DNA from: an uncultured Desulfotignum sp.
GTDB lineage: Bacteria; Desulfobacterota; Desulfobacteria; Desulfobacterales; Desulfobacteraceae
Assembly (NCBI GenBank): GCA_937951975.1
Contig: CALGAJ010000053.1
Location: forward strand, 1-53,442
DNA length: 53,442 nucleotides
Reading direction: 5' to 3'
Shown: positions 45,618 through 53,442 of the stretch, piece by piece
Position numbering within the stretch: position 1 is the first letter of the stretch
How the letters are laid out: each line of letters begins with the position of its first letter
Notes under the pieces: generated by a model
What the model was told of the DNA's origin: nothing
The model's input: only the letters and a program-made list of their open reading frames with translations
The model's database searches: none
Program-made: the position numbers and the translations under genes

Positions 45618-46402
45618 TATCCTCTCCCGGCCCTGGAATGACATTTTCCCATTTTTCAGACTGCCCACATCTGGTTCATGGGGTGTTTCCCCGCCGGGGC
45701 GGGGTGAGTCTGCCGCCGTTTGATTCCTTGAATGTGGGATTCAGCACCGGCGATGATCCGACTGCGGTTATGGAAAACAGGCGTCGGATACTGGCGTGGT
45801 TGAACATGCCCCGGGCTGTTTTTTTAAACCAGGTCCATGGAAAAGACGTTCTGGTGCTGGCCGGACATGAAAAAATCGATCCGGATCTGTTCTGGGAAGC
45901 TGGAAAACCGGCAACCGGAAAGGCCCTGGCCGCAGATGCCGTGGTGACCGACCTGACACAGCTGGCCCTGGTGATCCAGGTGGCGGATTGTCAGGCCGTA
46001 ATGCTGGCGGATCCTGAAAAAAAAGTCATCGCCAACGTGCATTCCGGATGGCGGGGAAGTGTAAAAAACATCATCGGACAATGTGTGGATGTCATGATCC
46101 AGCAATTCGGGTGTGACCCGTGTCGGATCCTGGCAGGAATCTCTCCATCTCTGGGACCTTGCTGTGCCCAGTTCATCCATTATCAAAAAGAGATCCCCGA
46201 ATCGTTGTGGAAATATAAATTTCAGGATCGGCCATATTTTGATTTCTGGGCACTTTCTTTTGACCAGTTGACGGCTAGGGGTGTGAACCCGTCCCATATC
46301 CTGAACATGAAACAGTGCACCCGGTGCCATTCCGATACGTTTTTTTCCTATCGAAAGAACGGACAAACCGGGCGGTTCGCCTGTGCCATCGGTTTGACCT
46401 GA
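45614..46402 (+). CDS. pgeF: peptidoglycan editing factor / YfiH family
   Basis: RRGGVS..FDSLNV, NQVHG, ADAVVT, VADCQ, HSGWRG, CTRCH..FFSYR..GRF; GTG overlaps the upstream stop. Confidence 0.9.
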   Translation: MISSPGPGMTFSHFSDCPHLVHGVFPRRGGVSLPPFDSLNVGFSTGDDPTAVMENRRRILAWLNMPRAVFLNQVHGKDVLVLAGHEKIDPDLFWEAGKPATGKALAADAVVTDLTQLALVIQVADCQAVMLADPEKKVIANVHSGWRGSVKNIIGQCVDVMIQQFGCDPCRILAGISPSLGPCCAQFIHYQKEIPESLWKYKFQDRPYFDFWALSFDQLTARGVNPSHILNMKQCTRCHSDTFFSYRKNGQTGRFACAIGLT

Positions 46403-46525
46403 GGCATGAAAAGAATGGCGGATCAGGGGTTTTTTCACGTTGACTTCGCTGAAAGCATATGATATTTGCACACAGATAAATTGATCTTTGAACAGCCATT
46501 GACCGCTTGTAAAACAAGGCATTTG

Positions 46526-46744
46526 ATGAAAAAAGAAACCGGTAAAACCATCAGAGAATTAGGGTATTTTGCCAGCCTGGGTATGTCCGTGGCCCTGTCG
46601 ATTTTTATCGGTCTTGGGCTGGGTCTCTGGCTGGACAAGAAGTTTGACACAAACCCGGTCCTGATGTTTGTGGGGTTGATCATCGGGATTGTCGCCGGAT
46701 TCAGTAATATTGTCCGGGCCGGGAAAAAAGGGAAAAATTATTAA
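46526..46744 (+). CDS. AtpZ/AtpI-family small membrane protein
   Basis: SLGMSVALSIFIGLGLGLWLDKKFDTNP..GLIIGIVAGF. Confidence 0.85.
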   Translation: MKKETGKTIRELGYFASLGMSVALSIFIGLGLGLWLDKKFDTNPVLMFVGLIIGIVAGFSNIVRAGKKGKNY

Positions 46745-47146
46745 ATGCAGGATCTGACAAAAATTGTGGATATGGTCACAAAATGCAACTGGCTGCTGTT
46801 GACTCTGACTGCCATGGTGTCGGTGATGATTTCTGCTACCCCGTTTTATCTGGGCGTTGTGGCCGGCGGACTGATTGTGGCGATCAATTTCCATCTTTTA
46901 AAGCGTACCATCGAAAAGGATATCCGACCCGAGAAGGTCATGGAAAAAGGACGGTCCCTGACAGGAAGCGTTCTCATAAAGTATTACATCCGGTTTGCTG
47001 TCAGCGGTCTTCTAATTTTTCTGCTGATATCGAATCACGTCGTTCATCCGCTGGGGCTGCTTACAGGCCTGTCAGTGGTGGTTGCAAGCGTGTTCCTGGT
47101 GACAGTGCTTGTGGTGACAAGATTATATTTTAAGGAGGCGGTATAA
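46745..47146 (+). CDS. atpI: ATP synthase subunit I
   Basis: four hydrophobic segments, INFHLL, KYYIRF; sits directly before atpB. Confidence 0.8.
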   Translation: MQDLTKIVDMVTKCNWLLLTLTAMVSVMISATPFYLGVVAGGLIVAINFHLLKRTIEKDIRPEKVMEKGRSLTGSVLIKYYIRFAVSGLLIFLLISNHVVHPLGLLTGLSVVVASVFLVTVLVVTRLYFKEAV

Positions 47147-47147
47147 G

Positions 47148-47837
47148 GTGGAACATCCGTATTTATTTCTGACATCTGTATTTGGAGTGTTTGGATTGGA
47201 AGAATGGGCGGCGAGTCATCCGCATGTGACTTATATGTGGCTGGCCATGCTCATTTTAATCATTTTCGGCTGGCTGGCGGGAAAAAGCGTATCTCTGGTG
47301 CCTGAAACCGCTCAGAATGTATTTGAGGTGCTGATTTCCGGCATGGAGGAATTCGTGGTCAGTATCACCGGAGAAGAAGGCCGCAAATCCTATCCATTGC
47401 TGATTACCATATTCCTTTTCGTTCTGGTGGGCAACCTCATGGGACTGGTACCGTCGCTGTATCCTCCCACCGCCAGTGTGAATACGACCATGGCCCTGGC
47501 ATTGATCGCCGTGGGATGGAGCCATGTGGTGGGAGTCTGGCATCACGGTTTCAAGTATATCAAGCATTTTCTGGGACCGGTTCCTCTGATGATTCCTTTG
47601 TTTCTCCCCATTGAATTGATTGCTCACACGGCCCGGGTTTTATCTCTGACCTTTCGTCTGTTCGGAAACATGATGGGACATGAACTGGTGGTCCTCATCC
47701 TTCTGATGCTGGGCGGCATGTTTCTGGCACCGCTGCCGGTGATGGCCATGGGTGTTTTCGTGGCGCTGGTTCAGGCATTCGTGTTTTTTCTTCTGTCCAC
47801 CATGTATATCGCCGGTGCCATTGAAGAAGCGCATTGA
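47148..47837 (+). CDS. atpB: F0 ATP synthase subunit a
   Basis: NLMGLVP, PPTASVNTT, PIELIAHTARVLSLTFRLFGNM, VQAFVF; GTG start after AAGGAGG. Confidence 0.96.
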   Translation: MEHPYLFLTSVFGVFGLEEWAASHPHVTYMWLAMLILIIFGWLAGKSVSLVPETAQNVFEVLISGMEEFVVSITGEEGRKSYPLLITIFLFVLVGNLMGLVPSLYPPTASVNTTMALALIAVGWSHVVGVWHHGFKYIKHFLGPVPLMIPLFLPIELIAHTARVLSLTFRLFGNMMGHELVVLILLMLGGMFLAPLPVMAMGVFVALVQAFVFFLLSTMYIAGAIEEAH

Positions 47838-47921
47838 TAAAGTTTTTTTACGGGAAATGGAAGAAGCCCGTTTGGTATAACGTTAGATTTGTTTAACTTT
47901 TAATGTAAGAAGGAGTCAAAA

Positions 47922-48191
47922 ATGGAATTTCTTGTAGGTAGTGTATGGGCTGCAGGTCTGGCAATCGGTATTGCGGCATTTGGTTGCGGCATCGGACAGG
48001 GCCTGGGGTTGAACGGCGCAATGAGCGGTATTTCAAGAAACCCGGAAGCAGCCGGTAAAATTCAGGTGAACATGCTGATCGGTCTGGCTCTGATCGAGTC
48101 TCTGTGTATTTATGCACTGGTTGTATCTCTGATCCTTATGTATGCGCATCCGGCACTGCAGGCAGCAACCGCTGCGATCGGCGGACATTGA
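47922..48191 (+). CDS. atpE: F0 ATP synthase subunit c
   Basis: GLAIGIAAFGCGIGQG, SRNPEA, LALIESLCIY. Confidence 0.96.
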   Translation: MEFLVGSVWAAGLAIGIAAFGCGIGQGLGLNGAMSGISRNPEAAGKIQVNMLIGLALIESLCIYALVVSLILMYAHPALQAATAAIGGH

Positions 48192-48221
48192 TCTGAAATC
48201 CAATCAATAAAAGAATAGCAC

Positions 48222-48265
48222 AAAAAAAGGTGCCGGGTTTTATAAAAACCCGGCACCTTTTTTTT
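48222..48265. terminator. bidirectional intrinsic terminator
   Basis: AAAAAAAGGTGCCGGGTTTT-ATA-AAAACCCGGCACCTTTTTTTT, a long perfect inverted repeat. Confidence 0.92.
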
Positions 48266-48305
48266 GTTCAAAGAGAAAAGAGATACCGCCTGTTAAAATC
48301 CGGTA

Positions 48306-48737
48306 TCACAACCGGGAAATGTCTTCGGTGGTGATCACTTTGATCTGATGTTTCTCCAGGATCTCAAGGGCCTTGTCATGGTCGTCGAACCGGAAAACCA
48401 TGATGGCATTCTTACACTGGGGATTGGCAAACGCATACATATATTCCACATTGACATTCTGCATCCACAAAGGATCCAGAACTTTGTTGAGCCCCCCGGG
48501 TTCATCCGATACTTCCACGGCCAGTACTTTGGTTCTTCCCACGGTAAATCCTTCCTTGCGCAACGCCTGTTCCGCTTTTTCATTGTCGTTGACAATGAGG
48601 CGCAGCACTCCGAAATCCGTGGTGTCGGCCAGAGACAGGGCCCGGATATTCACATCCGCATCCCGTAAAATAGCAGTGACTTCCGCCAGGCGGCCTTCCT
48701 TGTTTTCAATGAATATGGATATCTGTTCAGCAAGCAT
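48306..48737 (-). CDS. tandem ACT-domain protein
   Basis: QISIFIENKEGRLAEV..NIRALSLADTTDFGVLRL; DEPGGL..NVEYMYAF. Confidence 0.92.
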   Translation of the reverse strand: MLAEQISIFIENKEGRLAEVTAILRDADVNIRALSLADTTDFGVLRLIVNDNEKAEQALRKEGFTVGRTKVLAVEVSDEPGGLNKVLDPLWMQNVNVEYMYAFANPQCKNAIMVFRFDDHDKALEILEKHQIKVITTEDISRL

Positions 48738-48750
48738 GTCAGTCTCCTTT

Positions 48751-50055
48751 TTAAAAATTTCGGTTATCGATGACCCGAACGGCTTTGCCCTGGCTTCGCT
48801 GAATGGTTTTGGGTTCCACCAGTCTCACCCTGGCGGTGACGCCCAGCATCTCTTTGATATCATGGGCGATTTTGTTTTCCATGGTCTGTAGACTTTTGAT
48901 GTCGTCACTGAAAACCCCTTCGTTGATTTCCACTTTGACCGTCAGGGTATCCAGGTTTCCTTTCCGATCCACTTCCAGCTGGTAATGGGGACGGATCGTC
49001 TGGTTTTCCATAAGCACGCTTTCGATCTGGGAAGGAAACACATTCACACCCCGGATGATCAGCATATCATCGGTACGGCCGGCCGGCTTGGTCATGCGGA
49101 CAAAGGTGCGGCCGCAGGCACACGGGGTCGGGTTTAACGAGGAGATGTCCCGGGTGCGGTACCGGATCACCGGAAACGCTTCTTTGGTCAGGGATGTGAA
49201 AACCAGTTCTCCGGATTCGCCATAGGGCAGCACTTCACCGGTTTCCGGGTCGATGATTTCCACAATAAAATGGTCTTCAAACACATGAAGCCCTTTTTGT
49301 TCCTCTTTGCATTCAATGGAGACCCCGGGTCCGATGATTTCACTGAGCCCGTAAATATCCACAGCCTTGAGATGAAGCTTGGATTCCAGTTCCTGCCGCA
49401 TGTTTTCCGTCCAGGGTTCTGCACCGAAAATACCGGATTTGAAAAACAGATCCTTGAAATCCACCCCCATTTCATCCGCCACTTCCGCCAGATGAAGGAT
49501 ATAGGAAGGGGTGCCGCATAAAATAGTGGGTTTGAAATCTTTCATGATGGTGATCTGGCGTTTGGTGTTGCCTCCGGAAACCGGAATAACAGACGCCCCC
49601 AGCCGCTCCGCCCCATAGTGGGCGCCTAAGCCGCCGGTGAACAATCCATAACCGAATGCGTTGTGGATAATATCTCCGGCGCCGGCACCGGCCGCAGCCA
49701 GGCTCCTTGCCATGAGATTGGCCCAGGTGTCCACATCCCGCCGGGTATAACCCACCACCGTAGGCTGGCCGGTCGTGCCGGAAGAGGCGTGGATTCTCAC
49801 CACCTGTTCCATGGGAACGGCAAACATGCCGTAAGGATAATTGTCTCTTAAATCCTGTTTGATGGTAAAGGGAACGTATTGCAGATCCTTCAGGGACTGG
49901 ATGTCTTTAGGGGTAATCCCTGCGTTGTCAAATTGCTGCCTGTAAAACGGCACCGTGGCGTAAACACGTGCTATGGTTGTCTGCAGTCTCCGCAACTGGA
50001 TGGCTTCCAGGCCCTCCCTGGGCATGGTTTCAAAATCAATATCAAAAATGGGCAT
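48751..50055 (-). CDS. paaK: phenylacetate--CoA ligase
   Basis: [75 protein letters not shown]. Confidence 0.93.
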   Translation of the reverse strand: MPIFDIDFETMPREGLEAIQLRRLQTTIARVYATVPFYRQQFDNAGITPKDIQSLKDLQYVPFTIKQDLRDNYPYGMFAVPMEQVVRIHASSGTTGQPTVVGYTRRDVDTWANLMARSLAAAGAGAGDIIHNAFGYGLFTGGLGAHYGAERLGASVIPVSGGNTKRQITIMKDFKPTILCGTPSYILHLAEVADEMGVDFKDLFFKSGIFGAEPWTENMRQELESKLHLKAVDIYGLSEIIGPGVSIECKEEQKGLHVFEDHFIVEIIDPETGEVLPYGESGELVFTSLTKEAFPVIRYRTRDISSLNPTPCACGRTFVRMTKPAGRTDDMLIIRGVNVFPSQIESVLMENQTIRPHYQLEVDRKGNLDTLTVKVEINEGVFSDDIKSLQTMENKIAHDIKEMLGVTARVRLVEPKTIQRSQGKAVRVIDNRNF

Positions 50056-50107
50056 GGGGTTTCCTTTTTTGCAAACATGCTTTCCGCCCGGCGGAAATTC
50101 GGCCGGG

Positions 50108-50896
50108 TTAGTCAAGTGTTCCTTTGAATTGAGGTTTTCGTTTTTCAAGAAATGCGGCAGTGCCTTCTTTTGCGTCTTCACTGGCCATGGTCAGGCCGAA
50201 TGCATCGTTTTCAATCCGGCATCCGGTTTCCAGATCCACATTGCTGCCGTTGTGGATCACCTCTTTGGCGGCCCGCAAAGATGCCCGTCCCCGGGAGGCG
50301 ATAAGAGCAGCGGTTTTCATCACGGTATCCATGAGCTGATCCGGTGCACACACCTGGTTGACCATGCCGTATTCCAACGCCTGCTGGGCCGTGATATTTT
50401 TACCGGTGAACACCATTTCTCTGGCCCGGTTGGTTCCCACCAGGCGTGCCAGGCGCTGGGTACCGCCGAATCCCGGAATCAGGCCCAGGGTGATTTCCGG
50501 CAGACCGAACACGGCTTTTTCAGAGGCATAGATAAAATCACAGGCCAGCGCCGCTTCAGAACCGCCGCCCAGTGCATAGCCGTTCACAGCGGCAATGGCC
50601 GGGATAGGCAGGTTCTCGATTTTTGAGAACACATTCTGTCCTTTTCTGGAGAAATTTTTGCCTTGCAGCGGGGTCATGCGGCTCAGTTCCACAATGTCCG
50701 CACCCGCCACAAACGCTTTTTCTCCGGCCCCGGTAAGAACCAGGACCCGGATATCGGTATCGGCCGCCACCTGGTCCAGGGCCTGGTCCAGTTCGTCAAA
50801 CAATTCATTGTTTAATGCATTCAATGCCTTGGGCCGGTTGAACTGTATCAGTGCAATGTTATTTTCCTTGGTAAAAAGAATGGTTTCAAAGGGCAT
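50108..50896 (-). CDS. enoyl-CoA hydratase (crotonase)
   Basis: [62 protein letters not shown]; AAGGAG RBS. Confidence 0.93.
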   Translation of the reverse strand: MPFETILFTKENNIALIQFNRPKALNALNNELFDELDQALDQVAADTDIRVLVLTGAGEKAFVAGADIVELSRMTPLQGKNFSRKGQNVFSKIENLPIPAIAAVNGYALGGGSEAALACDFIYASEKAVFGLPEITLGLIPGFGGTQRLARLVGTNRAREMVFTGKNITAQQALEYGMVNQVCAPDQLMDTVMKTAALIASRGRASLRAAKEVIHNGSNVDLETGCRIENDAFGLTMASEDAKEGTAAFLEKRKPQFKGTLD

Positions 50897-50939
50897 GATC
50901 CTATCTCCTTTTTTGCTGACGGTTGATTTTTGGTTTATA

Positions 50940-52754
50940 TCATAATTGCCGTGGATTGGTCGCGTCCACATATTTTTTGACCCCGGTGGCAATGGCATCA
51001 CATAAATCATCCCGGTATGCGGCATCCAGCAGCCGTTCACATTCCAGTTTGTTGGAGACAAACGAGGTCTCAACGAGAATGGCGGGCATGCGGGCACCTA
51101 ACAGCACATAAAACGGGGCCTGTTTGACACCCAGATCAGTGATTTTTGAATATTTTTTCATCATTCCCTGAACCAGGGACTGATGAACATCATTGGCCAG
51201 GCGGGTGGACTCACCGATTTTAGCGTGTTTCATTAAATCGCTTAAAATGAATTCAAGATCGGAAATATTTTTTTTGGACGTGGCATTTTCCCGGGCCGCG
51301 ACAGCAATAGCCTGTTCATCCGTGGCCAGGTTCAAAAGATACGTTTCGATGCCGGCCAGATTTTTGTTGCGGGCCGCATTGGTGTGCAGAGAGATAAACA
51401 GGTCCGCCCGCTGGGTGTTGGCAATGGCCGTACGTTCTTCCAGGGTCAATTTTTTATCATGGTCCCGGGTGAGAATCACGGTGCAGTTCAGCCGGTCCCG
51501 AAGTTTGTCAGCCAGGTTGTGTGCCAGTTTCAGCACAATGTCTTTTTCCCATATCCCTTTAACATAACCCGGTGCTCCGGGATCACTGCCCCCATGGCCC
51601 GGATCGATTACGATCCTCTGTACGCCCAGGGCCAGTTGCCGGGCAATATCCGAGGATTTCAGATTGTCAGTGGTCATGGGACTGGTTTTAATCTGCTTGT
51701 CCGCCTGAGCCGCTATTTGGGGCGTCTGGCCCGGATCCGTTGTTCCGTTGCCCTTGCCCCAGACATCAATGACAATTCTGAACGGGTCGTTCAAGGAAAA
51801 AATTTTATAATTTTCAAAGGATTTGATATCCACCACCACCCGCACGGTATGGGGCAGATACTGACCGGCCCGGGCCTGCTTGAGCAAATCGTCATTGATG
51901 GGCGTATGTTCCGCCACGTCTTTTCCCAGAAGGGTCTGGGGGATATCCACGTACAGTCGCTCAAACGGGATGTTCAGGTTCGGATCTTTTTTGAGAAGAT
52001 GGTGGGAAAAAGACCGGTCCTGATCCGCATTGATGACGATGCGGGTGTATTCCGGGTTGGACCAGAATCGCAGGTCCGTGATATAGGCGTCTGTGTCGGT
52101 TTTATCGGAATCCGGGTTATTTTCTGGGACAGGCCTGCTTTTTTCTGAATCCGGGGATAAATCCTGCAAAACGGCATCTATGTCAGTGGTTTTCGGGTCG
52201 ACATTCGCAGTCTGTTCCGCTGTATCCGCAGGTTTAGTCTCATTTGCGATGTCAGAAAGACGGTTTTTTTGGGTTTCCGCTTTTTTCGAACGGATATGCC
52301 GGGGAGGATGGGCCTTGGGATCCGGATTTTCCGAAAGCGCTTTGAGCTGGGACGCCGCACGCTCGTTGTAAGCTGATGACGGGTATTTGTTCCGGATTCG
52401 AATCAGCAGGTCAACCGCCCGGGTTCGAAACATCGATTCATCGGACAGGGTGAACAACTGCAGATAGAGTTCAGATGCCCGGTACATGCCGGCCGGGGCC
52501 CAGGTGCTCTGGGGGTGGGTTTTATAGATGGCTTCATAAAGATGGATGCAGTGCAGCCATTCCGAGATTTTCTGGCGCTTGACCGGTGAGTGGCGGAGCT
52601 CTTTGAACGAGGCATCCGCCGCCAGGTATTCCTGTCTAGGGACCGATGCCGTCGCGGTTTCCGGGAAACCCGCACAAAACAGACACATGCAGATCATGAC
52701 GCCCGCAAGTGTCACGGATTTCAGGCATATTTTATGCGGTCGCCTACGGGACAT
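50940..52754 (-). CDS. N-acetylmuramoyl-L-alanine amidase (TPR-like + AMIN + Amidase_3)
   Basis: YTRIVI and PFRIVIDV AMIN motifs; IVIDPGHGGSDPGA, EKD, SLHTNA, VKQAPFYVLLGARMPAILVE. Confidence 0.93.
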   Translation of the reverse strand: MSRRRPHKICLKSVTLAGVMICMCLFCAGFPETATASVPRQEYLAADASFKELRHSPVKRQKISEWLHCIHLYEAIYKTHPQSTWAPAGMYRASELYLQLFTLSDESMFRTRAVDLLIRIRNKYPSSAYNERAASQLKALSENPDPKAHPPRHIRSKKAETQKNRLSDIANETKPADTAEQTANVDPKTTDIDAVLQDLSPDSEKSRPVPENNPDSDKTDTDAYITDLRFWSNPEYTRIVINADQDRSFSHHLLKKDPNLNIPFERLYVDIPQTLLGKDVAEHTPINDDLLKQARAGQYLPHTVRVVVDIKSFENYKIFSLNDPFRIVIDVWGKGNGTTDPGQTPQIAAQADKQIKTSPMTTDNLKSSDIARQLALGVQRIVIDPGHGGSDPGAPGYVKGIWEKDIVLKLAHNLADKLRDRLNCTVILTRDHDKKLTLEERTAIANTQRADLFISLHTNAARNKNLAGIETYLLNLATDEQAIAVAARENATSKKNISDLEFILSDLMKHAKIGESTRLANDVHQSLVQGMMKKYSKITDLGVKQAPFYVLLGARMPAILVETSFVSNKLECERLLDAAYRDDLCDAIATGVKKYVDATNPRQL

Positions 52755-52757
52755 GAT

Positions 52758-53442
52758 TCAAATACCTGCCTTTTTTTTCATTTCATTTAAAAAATTCAAG
52801 CTGTCCAGCGGGGTCATTTCGGAAATATCCACCTGCTTGAGCATCTCCACCAATTCGGTCTCCCCGGTGCTGAACAGCTCCATCTGCCCATCGGCGATAT
52901 TTTTTTTTCTTCGTTTTCCGGGTGCGGATTTCCGAACATACGGTTCATGCGGTATCTGCCTGTCTTCCGGTTGTTCAATCGCAGTCATGATCTGTTTGGC
53001 ATCCTCAATAATCTCATGGGGAATCCCGGCCAGGCGGGCCACCTGAATGCCGTAGCTTTTGTTGGTCCCCCCTTTTTTCAACTGTCGCAAAAAAACGATA
53101 TTGTCGTTGAATTCTTTGACTGCGATATGAAAATTCCGGATCCGGGGATGGGTGTCCACCAGCCGGATCAGTTCGTGATAATGGGTGGCAAACAGGGTTT
53201 TGACGCCTTTCCCGGCCAGTTCATGAAGATATCGGGCCACGGCCCAGGCAATACTCATGCCGTCATACGTGGAGGTGCCCCGGCCAATTTCATCCAGAAT
53301 CACCAGAGACCGGGGCGTGGCATTGTTCACGATGTTGGCGGTTTCCTCCATTTCCACCATGAATGTGGACTGGCCGGCACTTAAATTGTCCAGGGCCCCC
53401 ACCCGGGTGAAGATCCGGTCCACCAGGCACAGGGACGCGTTT
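52758..53442 (-). CDS. mutS: DNA mismatch repair protein MutS, C-terminal part (continues beyond the window)
   Basis: DRIFTRVGA.D.L..GQSTFMVEM, LDEIGRGTSTYDG, FATHYHEL, SYGIQVARLAG, MTPLDSL. Confidence 0.96.
   Translation of the reverse strand, partial: NASLCLVDRIFTRVGALDNLSAGQSTFMVEMEETANIVNNATPRSLVILDEIGRGTSTYDGMSIAWAVARYLHELAGKGVKTLFATHYHELIRLVDTHPRIRNFHIAVKEFNDNIVFLRQLKKGGTNKSYGIQVARLAGIPHEIIEDAKQIMTAIEQPEDRQIPHEPYVRKSAPGKRRKKNIADGQMELFSTGETELVEMLKQVDISEMTPLDSLNFLNEMKKKAGI

Noticed and set aside
1-53442. CRISPR array, rRNA, IS elements, riboswitch (e.g. cobalamin element near pduO)
   Set aside because: No regularly spaced repeats, rRNA-like segments, terminal inverted repeats with a transposase, or recognisable B12-box found by eye; a covariance-model search was not possible

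Overview
Chromosomal window with moderate GC from an anaerobic deltaproteobacterium. Gene content and arrangement suggest a sulfate-reducing Desulfobacteraceae (Desulfotignum/Desulfobacter-like); this is inference only. It holds 3 tRNAs (Gly-GCC, Cys-GCA, Phe-GAA) and housekeeping genes (manC, rsmE, valS, nadC, lepA, a stand-alone heptose adenylyltransferase, pgeF, atpI/atpB/atpE, amidase, 3' end of mutS). It also holds a NapC/NrfH + octaheme HAO-like cytochrome pair, a ydbH-ynbE-ydbL locus whose ydbH has one in-frame TGA, and several organic-acid catabolic modules. No mobile element or CRISPR array was seen. The standout is the operon at 35099-44223: a Thr-Ser-Gly MIO enzyme of the AdmH/EncP phenylalanine aminomutase type, a beta-phenylalanine-type class-III aminotransferase, an Lrp regulator, a beta-keto acid cleavage enzyme (BKACE/Kce), an acyl-CoA ligase and a TRAP transporter. 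Read together, these suggest a catabolic route I have not seen described: L-Phe (or Tyr) -> beta-Phe -> benzoylacetate -> benzoyl-CoA + acetoacetate. Other notable items are a PopZ/RomR-C-like acidic scaffold upstream of valS, a SahR-like operator over the usp-sahR promoter, a rhomboid-DnaJ-C fusion and a solo dynamin-like GTPase. All family calls come from motif recognition by eye; no database searches were run.
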